13,511 nt of DNA. It comes from a virus. Its lineage: Duplodnaviria > Heunggongvirae > Uroviricota > Caudoviricetes. Shown here in pieces: positions 7,451 to 13,511 of the stretch. The first letter of the stretch is position 1. Each line of letters starts with the position of its first letter. The DNA is taken from IMG/VR virus record IMGVR_UViG_2606217106_000016. One strand, 5' to 3'. Below the pieces are notes generated by a model, which saw only the letters and a list, made by a program, of their open reading frames with translations, was not told the DNA's origin and searched no databases. Position numbers and translations under genes: made by a program.

Positions 7451-7531
7451 ATGAACCATGAAGAAATGAATCAGCGCTTCAGTCGTCTGGAAAATGAAAT
7501 TGCTGAACTGAATAAAAACTGTCGGCGCTGA
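7451..7531 (+). CDS. Tiny ORF (26 aa, MNHEEMNQRFSRLENEIAELNKNCRR), translationally coupled to the next ORF (ATGA overlap)
   Basis: GGGGAGAG 7437-7444 about 7 nt upstream of ATG 7451; the stop TGA 7529-7531 overlaps ATG 7531. Below the ORF-track length cut-off; found by manual translation. Confidence 0.25.
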   Translation: MNHEEMNQRFSRLENEIAELNKNCRR

Positions 7532-8007
7532 TGCCTTCTGAAGATGAAAAAAAACGCCGCGATGAGCAGTTTGCTGCGTTTGACGATTATTGTCGGAAAG
7601 TGATGAGCAGAAATCTCGCAGAGTGTTTCAGTATTCATAATGATAATTTCAGTGAGCTGGAATGGGAGTGTAACCGGCCATCCTTTGTTGTATCCGGTGA
7701 TGCTGGGAAAATAACCATCTCAGAAAATGGGAAAGTAACACCTCCATCGCACCAGCACAGTGAGGAGCTCATTGAATTTGCCATTGATTACCTGAAGAAC
7801 AATAAAAAGCAGGGGCTGATGAAGCGCGTTGGCCGTTGCATGGGATATCTTCAGGTAGCCGCTGAGATTGAAGCGCTGGCCAGTGGTGCTGATAAGGATG
7901 CAATTGTGCGGGAGGCTCTTCTTCGTGATTTTAATACTCCACCCTTTAAAAAAGTGCCGGCTTACTGGCTTCATCCGGGGCTGACTTATCTTAAAGTGCG
8001 TATTTAG
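7531..8007 (+). CDS. Hypothetical cytoplasmic protein (158 aa) inserted between holin and endolysin; function unknown
   Basis: Track ORF 7531..8007; no TM segment, charged N-terminus (MPSEDEKKRRDEQ); visibly more AT-rich than flanking lysis genes; no family recognised. Confidence 0.6.
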   Translation: MPSEDEKKRRDEQFAAFDDYCRKVMSRNLAECFSIHNDNFSELEWECNRPSFVVSGDAGKITISENGKVTPPSHQHSEELIEFAIDYLKNNKKQGLMKRVGRCMGYLQVAAEIEALASGADKDAIVREALLRDFNTPPFKKVPAYWLHPGLTYLKVRI

Positions 8008-8043
8008 TGGGCCAGGGACAGCGGCTGAATATTTAATATATCC

Positions 8044-8577
8044 ATGAACACCAAAATCAAATACGGCCTGTCGGCTGCCGTTCTGGCGCTGATTGCCGCT
8101 GGTGCGCCTGCGCCTGACATTCTCGACCAGTTTCTGGATGAAAAGGAAGGTAACCACACCACGGCATACCGTGATGGCGCGGGTATCTGGACCATCTGTC
8201 GCGGTGCCATTCTGGTGGATGGTAAACCTGTCGTCCCGGGCATGAAGTTGTCGAAGGAGAAATGCGACCAGGTTAACGCCATCGAACGTGATAAGGCGCT
8301 GGCATGGGTGGAGAAAAACATCAAAGTGCCATTGACCGAACCCCAGAAAGCGGGGATCGCGTCATTCTGTCCGTACAACATTGGTCCCGGTAAGTGTTTC
8401 CCGTCGACGTTTTACAGACGAATTAATGCTGGTGATCGCAGGGGAGCATGTGAGGCGATTCGCTGGTGGATTAAGGACGGTGGCAGAGACTGCCGTATTC
8501 GTTCAAACAACTGCTACGGTCAGGTATCCCGTCGTGACCAGGAGAGCGCGCTGGCGTGCTGGGGTATCGACAGATAA
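8044..8577 (+). CDS. R: SAR endolysin R (T4-lysozyme-like muramidase with N-terminal signal-anchor-release domain), 177 aa
   Basis: N-terminal Gly/Ala-rich weakly hydrophobic segment GLSAAVLALIAAGAPAP followed by the catalytic E-x8-D-x5-T motif in EKEGNHTTAYRDGAGIWTICRG; typical partner of a pinholin. Confidence 0.85.
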   Translation: MNTKIKYGLSAAVLALIAAGAPAPDILDQFLDEKEGNHTTAYRDGAGIWTICRGAILVDGKPVVPGMKLSKEKCDQVNAIERDKALAWVEKNIKVPLTEPQKAGIASFCPYNIGPGKCFPSTFYRRINAGDRRGACEAIRWWIKDGGRDCRIRSNNCYGQVSRRDQESALACWGIDR

Positions 8578-8671
8578 GCAGAATATTTTGCTGAAAAATA
8601 AGGCATGGCCACGCGGGCGGATAACATGAAATCCTGCGAACTGGCGAAACGTAAGTGAATAAAAGTAAAAA

Positions 8672-8706
8672 CCCCGTTTGTTGGCAGCAAGCGGGGTTTT
8701 GTTTTT
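8672..8706 (+). terminator. Rho-independent terminator (9-bp stem CCCCGTTTG/CAAGCGGGG with one G-U pair, 7-nt loop, T-rich tail)
   Basis: ccccgtttg-ttggcag-caagcgggg-ttttgttttt, about 95 bp after the endolysin stop; A-rich 5' flank. Confidence 0.6.
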
Positions 8707-8869
8707 ATGGCAGTAAGCTATGGGAGGCTGCCTTGATTGATTTTAGCAAACTGATTAGGGAGTTGCGACTCATGATTAGTCAATTACCAAACTGGAAATT
8801 TTTGCTGGTCTGGAGCATCCCTTTTTTATGGGTAGTATCCCAGTTAATTGTGGCAATTAAGGGGTAGCT

Positions 8870-9001
8870 ATGTCAGACAAACTCATAACGCCGGCAAAGG
8901 TCCTGTGTGTGATTGTCGGTATTTCATTTTCACTAATGCTGGTTGCTCTTTTTCTGTCCCTCGCCTGGGTGATGTTGTCTTCGTCGGGGCTGCTGGGGTG
9001 A
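8870..9001 (+). CDS. Small hydrophobic peptide ORF (43 aa, single TM)
   Basis: RBS AAGGGG 8858-8863, ATG 8870; MSDKLITPAKVLCVIVGISFSLMLVALFLSLAWVMLSSSGLLG; stop TGA 8999-9001 overlaps the GTG of the next small ORF. Confidence 0.3.
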   Translation: MSDKLITPAKVLCVIVGISFSLMLVALFLSLAWVMLSSSGLLG

Positions 9002-9120
9002 CAGTGACTGATGACATCAGCAGAGCGCTGGCTTTTGCTATTAAGTGGGTGGCTGTTGGTATTGCTGTGTCTCCGATGCTGTATGGGCTGGCTAAACTGG
9101 TCATTGCGCTGAAATCGTGA
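8998..9120 (+). CDS. Small hydrophobic peptide ORF (about 40 aa, GTG start), paralogous motif with the next ORF
   Basis: GTGA overlap with the preceding ORF; ...DDISRALAFAIKWVAVGIAVSPMLYGLAKLVIALKS; 3' part of track ORF 8848..9120. Confidence 0.3.
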   Translation: MTVTDDISRALAFAIKWVAVGIAVSPMLYGLAKLVIALKS

Positions 9121-9131
9121 ACTTTAAAAAG

Positions 9132-9218
9132 ATGAGTGCTGAACTTATTCGGGCAATGGCATTTGCCATTCGTATTGTGGCCATTGCTGTTCTGGTCTGG
9201 GCAATCCGTTGGTGGTGA
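9132..9218 (+). CDS. Small hydrophobic peptide ORF (28 aa)
   Basis: [28 protein letters not shown]; shares the RA(L/M)AFAI(K/R)xVA(V/I) motif with the preceding ORF; stop TGA 9216-9218 lies 1 nt before the Rz ATG 9220. Confidence 0.3.
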   Translation: MSAELIRAMAFAIRIVAIAVLVWAIRWW

Positions 9219-9219
9219 T

Positions 9220-9687
9220 ATGAACCGTGTTCTGTGTGTGGTGATTATTGTCCTGCTGGTAGCCTGTGGTGTGCTTAGTCTGGGGCTGAATCATTACCGC
9301 GATAACGCCATCACCTACAAAGCGCAGCGCGATAAAAAAGTCAGTGAGCTGAAACTGGCGAATGCCACTATTACTGATATGCAGCAGCGCCAGCGCGATG
9401 TTGCTGCGCTCGATGCAAAATACTCGAGGGAATTAGCCGATGCGAGAGCTGAAAATGAAACTCTGCGTGCTGATGTTGCCGCTGGTCGTAAGCGCCTGCG
9501 GGTCAACGCCACCTGCCCCGGTACCGTGCGTGAAGCCACCGGCACCTCCAGCGTGGATAATGCAACCGGCCCCCGACTGGCAGACACCGCTGAACGGGAT
9601 TATTTCATCCTCAGAGAACGGTTGATGACAATGCAGAAGCAGCTGGAAGGGGCGCAGGAATATATCCGCACTCAGTGCCTGAAATAA
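9220..9687 (+). CDS. Rz: Rz i-spanin (inner-membrane spanin subunit), 155 aa
   Basis: ATG 9220 after GGTGGTG; N-terminal TM ([20 protein letters not shown]), coiled-coil periplasmic domain, C-terminus ...[10 protein letters not shown]; lambda Rz-like. The track start at 9136 belongs to the upstream small ORF frame run-on. Confidence 0.8.
   Translation: MNRVLCVVIIVLLVACGVLSLGLNHYRDNAITYKAQRDKKVSELKLANATITDMQQRQRDVAALDAKYSRELADARAENETLRADVAAGRKRLRVNATCPGTVREATGTSSVDNATGPRLADTAERDYFILRERLMTMQKQLEGAQEYIRTQCLK
9440..9625 (+). CDS. Rz1: Rz1 o-spanin lipoprotein, embedded in Rz in the +1 frame (61 aa)
   Basis: [61 protein letters not shown]: lipobox LVVSAC, proline-rich; near-identical in pattern to lambda Rz1. 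Confidence 0.8.
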   Translation: MRELKMKLCVLMLPLVVSACGSTPPAPVPCVKPPAPPAWIMQPAPDWQTPLNGIISSSENG

Positions 9688-9729
9688 GTTTTGTTGATGC
9701 GCCGTATCGTCGCTGTATTCCCTCATTAA

Positions 9730-10589
<860 letters not shown>

Positions 10590-10596
10590 GGAGGTC

Positions 10597-11205
10597 ATGG
10601 TGGATAAGGGAAAAGAGATTATTGCAGTACGAAATGCAGCCTGCAACGAATACGGCGGGATAAACTGTGAGGTGCAGTTTGAAGATGCGGTCAATGAAAA
10701 AGGAGAGCAGGTATGGCTGCCGTATACCGCAACGGAAACGGATAATACAGAACACGGAAAAGCCTTGTGGTCGGGGCTGACAGCAGGAACATACGGAAGT
10801 GTGAGTGCCTTTGTTGCCACGGAAGCAATACTGGAAGCGGCAAAGGCGGCGAAAAGGGAAGAGATTAATATCTGGCGTGATGTGCAGGAGAATATGGAAT
10901 ACGTGATGGAATTCAACGGAAGGAACTGGGATTACGGCAAGAAGACGTTGTCCAGGATAAGCACGACACGACTGATGGCAGAGAACAACCGTCTTCCGGA
11001 AGGGTTTGCCTGGACGGACGGGGATAATAATGTGGTGCCGGTAACGGCGGCGGAGATAATTGCGCTGGCAGATGCGACAGAGCAGGCGATGTTTGCGAAA
11101 GGTGTGGAGATTAATACACGTCAGCTTCAGATGAAAGCAGAGGTTGAGGCGCTGACAGAGCTGAAGGCGATCCGCAGTTATGTTGTCGGATGGCCTGCAA
11201 GCTGA
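10597..11205 (+). CDS. Tail fiber assembly/chaperone-like protein (Tfa-like, DUF4376-like C-terminus), 202 aa
   Basis: Starts 8 nt after the tail-fiber fragment stop, behind AGGAGG 10589-10594 (the spacing also allows GTG 10600). Motif LPEGFAWTDGDNNVVPVT resembles the lambda Tfa LPENFTW region. Position immediately 3' of a tail-fiber gene. Confidence 0.5.
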   Translation: MVDKGKEIIAVRNAACNEYGGINCEVQFEDAVNEKGEQVWLPYTATETDNTEHGKALWSGLTAGTYGSVSAFVATEAILEAAKAAKREEINIWRDVQENMEYVMEFNGRNWDYGKKTLSRISTTRLMAENNRLPEGFAWTDGDNNVVPVTAAEIIALADATEQAMFAKGVEINTRQLQMKAEVEALTELKAIRSYVVGWPAS

Positions 11206-11207
11206 GT

Positions 11208-11235
11208 AAAAAAAACGGGACCACGGCCAGTCCCG
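11208..11235 (-). terminator. Rho-independent terminator acting on the minus strand (stem CGGGAC/GTCCCG, 8-nt loop, T8 on the minus strand); possibly bidirectional
   Basis: Plus strand aaaaaaaa-cgggac-cacggcca-gtcccg; on the minus strand the hairpin is followed directly by 8 T. On the plus strand a T6 run lies 10 nt downstream (weaker). Confidence 0.6.
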
Positions 11236-11349
11236 GAACCATGAGTTTTTTAGGGTATTAGTTTGTTATCATAATTAGCGTGCTAAGTATGCCGTATCAG
11301 GCTGATTAGTGAAGTGATGTTGTTCGCATTTTTGCACGGCGGAGAATAT

Positions 11350-11736
11350 TCAGATTTTGGGAAATCCATATTTTTCCCGTGCGCGGTTACATGCTTCATT
11401 CGCGATGCCATTTTCGCCGGACATTGCGAATTCCCTGCATGTGGACGGACGGTTTTTGTAAACAGAGCAATATGCGTTTTCACCGGGGGGGCCGGCCAGA
11501 GCGACACATCGGGGATTTTTCTGATTGGTGCCGCGCATACAGCGATGAAAAGGAGATATTTGCTCAGTGAGACTGACCGGGACGTTTCCGCCAGCATCAT
11601 CGGCTTCAGCCCAGTAAAAAGAGACGCGGAAAAATGCACAACAGGCACCACACGTCATGCATGGATTCGGATTGTTCATTTTTATACTATTTGTTGTTTT
11701 TTCAGCGATCAGATAAAAGGGCGCTGAAAAAAACAT
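11350..11736 (-). CDS. YkgJ/UPF0153-family putative zinc- or iron-chelating protein (CxxCGxCC motif), 110-128 aa
   Basis: Track ORF 11350..11736 (minus): ...[25 protein letters not shown]...[17 protein letters not shown].... The CxxCGACC signature is typical of the PF03692-type cysteine-cluster domain. Alternative start at the second Met (11679). Followed by the minus-strand terminator at 11208-11235. Confidence 0.5.
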   Translation of the reverse strand: MFFSAPFYLIAEKTTNSIKMNNPNPCMTCGACCAFFRVSFYWAEADDAGGNVPVSLTEQISPFHRCMRGTNQKNPRCVALAGPPGENAYCSVYKNRPSTCREFAMSGENGIANEACNRAREKYGFPKI

Positions 11737-11739
11737 TCT

Positions 11740-12019
11740 CCAAAATTAGATTATAACTATTTGATTTTATGGATAGAGGCATGCTTTTTACGCAAAAGTA
11801 AAAAGCATGCCAAATTTGCCATTAACTCTTTGAATATTCAGCACTAATCATCTATTTCGGTTGCCTTCTTATTCATAAGGCGGGACACTTTCAGGATTTT
11901 GAATTTATTCAATTTTTTCCTTTCTCCAAAATCTCTCCAAAACTTTTCCCCAAAACCAGGGCACGCATTTTACAACACTTTTTTCCTGAAATGGTGACGG
12001 ATATTCCATATGATGTTTG
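11740..12019. promoter_or_regulatory. AT-rich putative attachment-site (attL/attP-arm-like) and promoter region downstream of the int 3' end
   Basis: Lambda-type int genes are transcribed toward att, with the core within ~100-250 bp of the int stop. The region is AT-rich and contains direct repeats TCTCCAAAA (about 11923-11942) and the palindrome above. The core cannot be pinned without the partner site. Confidence 0.35.
11778..11811. repeat. Perfect 13-bp inverted repeat GGCATGCTTTTTA / TAAAAAGCATGCC separated by 8 bp (CGCAAAAG)
   Basis: Direct inspection; lies in the AT-rich region between the YkgJ-like gene start and the integrase 3' end. Confidence 0.8.
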
Positions 12020-13138
12020 TTAAATAACCAACTTAACCCATTCCTGACCTCGGGTATCGTTATAGCGATCGGTGGTAGCCTGGACTTTATGTCCCAGTAA
12101 TGTTTTTGTATCGACACCCTGTGCGCGGTACAACCGTTCTGACAGGGAGCGTTGTTCATGAAATGTTGGCGGTGTTTTTCCTGCTGGTGGAATTATTCCA
12201 GCCAGATCTCGCGCTTTGGCGAAGTAATCGCTCAGGTTGTCTTTACTCATCGGTTTTGGTTGTTTCTGGTGCCTACTATGGATTAGATATGGACTTAATA
12301 TTCTGTCTCGGCACCCATCAATAACTTCTTTTAACGTTATCCCAATGGCATCACAGCGTAGTGTAAGCGGTAACGCCAGGCGCATTCCGGTTTTTCCCTG
12401 GGTGATATGCAAGTGTTCGTTCCACACATCTGAAAAACGCATGTGGCAAATGTCATCACGGCGCTGACCAGTAACAATCGCAAGAAGCATTGCGTTACGG
12501 ATAAAGTGTTTTTCAGGCGTTGCGTTGTAAATTTTTTGCCAGTCTTCCAGGGTGAGTCTGGCTCTGGTTACTTTAGGGATCGGTTTACGGGTAGCCTCCG
12601 GAGGATTCCATCCAGGAGGAACTTCTCCTGCATGCTGTGCTTCTTTATAAATATCAACCCATAATCCACGATTTACTCTCGCTGTGCTGACCATGTCTTT
12701 ATCCAGCCAATCATCCAGTATTAATGCAAAGTCTCTTACTTCCAGTTCTTTCAATGGATGGTTTCCCAGACGGGAAACCAGGTATGCAGCCATTCGGGCT
12801 TTTTCTTTGTGAGTTGTAGCTGCAATATCTCCATTTTTCAGTCGCGTGTCCTGTATTTTCAGATATCGATCAACCCATGCCTTTAATCTGATACCCCGAC
12901 GTTTTGTTGCTGACGGACTTTCATCAATTTTGCGCATGAAATATTCAGCTTCTGCTGCAGCTATTCGCTGATTGGCTGTGGAAGCGATTTTTTCTGCCTT
13001 ACCTTTGTCTGTTCCGAGTCCGTGAAATTTTCCAGTCACAGGATTTTTATACTGGTAGTAAACTCTGCCAGTTCTGCGATCAAACTTTTCGTAAAGACCG
13101 GCTACGTCAGTGCTGTTTTTTCGTGGCCTCGGTGACAT
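12020..13138 (-). CDS. int: Lambda-family tyrosine integrase (372 aa)
   Basis: N-terminus MSPRPRKNSTDVAGLYEKFDRRTGRVYYQYKNPVTGKFHGLG parallels lambda Int (MGRRRSHERRDLPPNLYIRNNGYYCYRDPRTGKEFGLG). C-terminal catalytic region PPTFHEQRSLSERLY...LLGHKVQATTDRYNDTRGQEW matches lambda PPTFHELRSLSARLY...LLGHKSDTMASQYRDDRGREW (H-x-x-R, catalytic Tyr). Confidence 0.9.
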   Translation of the reverse strand: MSPRPRKNSTDVAGLYEKFDRRTGRVYYQYKNPVTGKFHGLGTDKGKAEKIASTANQRIAAAEAEYFMRKIDESPSATKRRGIRLKAWVDRYLKIQDTRLKNGDIAATTHKEKARMAAYLVSRLGNHPLKELEVRDFALILDDWLDKDMVSTARVNRGLWVDIYKEAQHAGEVPPGWNPPEATRKPIPKVTRARLTLEDWQKIYNATPEKHFIRNAMLLAIVTGQRRDDICHMRFSDVWNEHLHITQGKTGMRLALPLTLRCDAIGITLKEVIDGCRDRILSPYLIHSRHQKQPKPMSKDNLSDYFAKARDLAGIIPPAGKTPPTFHEQRSLSERLYRAQGVDTKTLLGHKVQATTDRYNDTRGQEWVKLVI

Positions 13139-13376
13139 GAGTTAAAATCTCCTTCAGTGCATCATCATCGCCAGTATGAATTTCCGGCGCAATTCCCGTT
13201 TCACCAGGCCCAACAAATACTGCTCGGCGATCTATCAGCCAACGCCCACGAATTTTTTGTGGCCTTGGAACGATGTATCCTAGTTTTCCGTATTTCACCA
13301 GGGTAGTGTTTGTTATTGGGAGACTGAACCGTTTTGGTTTCCACTCGTCGAGCGTTATCAGGTACTGTTCGCTCAT
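13107..13376 (-). CDS. xis: Excisionase Xis (about 90 aa), 3' end overlapping the int start
   Basis: MSEQYLITLDEWKPKRFSLPIT... parallels lambda Xis MYLTLQEWNARQRRPRSL...; SD GGAGTG 9 nt upstream of the minus-strand ATG at 13376; the xis-int overlap is typical. Confidence 0.7.
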   Translation of the reverse strand: MSEQYLITLDEWKPKRFSLPITNTTLVKYGKLGYIVPRPQKIRGRWLIDRRAVFVGPGETGIAPEIHTGDDDALKEILTHVTEATKKQH

Positions 13377-13437
13377 GGCTATCACTCCGGAACGCGCCAG
13401 TTGCAGAATATCAACGACAACTGGCGACGGTTGAACA

Positions 13438-13511
13438 TTAAAAATCAGCCTGACTCGGGATCAGTTTTTGCCAGATAACTGAAACGTATTTTGCCTGGTA
13501 ACGGGCGTCAT
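13438..13511 (-). CDS. 3' end (last ~23 codons) of a minus-strand ORF entering from beyond the right edge
   Basis: Minus-strand frame open from the window edge to TAA at 13440..13438 (...DARYQAKYVSVIWQKLIPSQADF*); too short to assign. Confidence 0.2.
   Translation of the reverse strand, partial: DARYQAKYVSVIWQKLIPSQADF

Noticed and set aside
8655-8867. 70-aa plus ORF downstream of the endolysin
   Set aside because: It contains the strong 8672-8706 terminator in its first 20 codons and has no RBS; more likely non-coding leader or promoter DNA for the small-peptide cluster.
11283-11727. Overlapping ORFs 11283..11651 (minus, 122 aa) and 11314..11727 (plus, 137 aa)
   Set aside because: Alternative frames over the YkgJ-like gene; their translations are low-complexity and lack motifs, whereas the 11350..11736 frame carries the CxxCGxCC signature.

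Overview
The window reads as a mosaic of degraded lambdoid prophage DNA, probably from an enterobacterial (E. coli-like) genome. All calls below rest on reading the sequence and translations by eye; no database search or folding program was run. Left to right: (1) the right-hand 564 bp of an IS186 copy (transposase N-terminus on the minus strand) that runs off the left edge; (2) a nin-region/late-regulatory block on the plus strand: small hypothetical ORF, DUF968/HNH-like protein, RusA resolvase, and a lambda-type Q antiterminator truncated at about codon 150 where it abuts the 5' two-thirds of an IS256-family transposase gene on the opposite strand; (3) a near-consensus sigma70 promoter and three tRNA genes (Ile-CAU, Arg-UCG, Arg-UCU), the ileZ-argN-argO arrangement of Stx-converting phages; (4) about 520 bp of non-coding DNA with three intrinsic terminators where stxAB sits in Stx phages, with no stx genes present; (5) a 644-aa NanS-p-like esterase gene; (6) a lysis cassette of phage-21 type (71-aa dual-start holin, SAR endolysin, Rz with embedded Rz1) that carries an unassigned 26-aa + 158-aa coupled ORF pair between holin and endolysin and three tandem small hydrophobic ORFs between endolysin and Rz; (7) immediately after Rz, a start-less, frameshifted tail-fiber C-terminal fragment with about eight 45-bp collagen-like tandem repeats, followed by a tail-fiber-assembly-like gene, so the whole head/tail module is missing; (8) a minus-strand CxxCGxCC (YkgJ/UPF0153-like) gene with a strong terminator; (9) an AT-rich att-like region with a perfect 13-bp palindrome, then a lambda-family integrase and excisionase on the minus strand, marking the left end of a second, adjacent prophage. 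The most noteworthy loci are the unassigned S-R insert, the small-peptide cluster, the empty stx slot and the decapitated Q.
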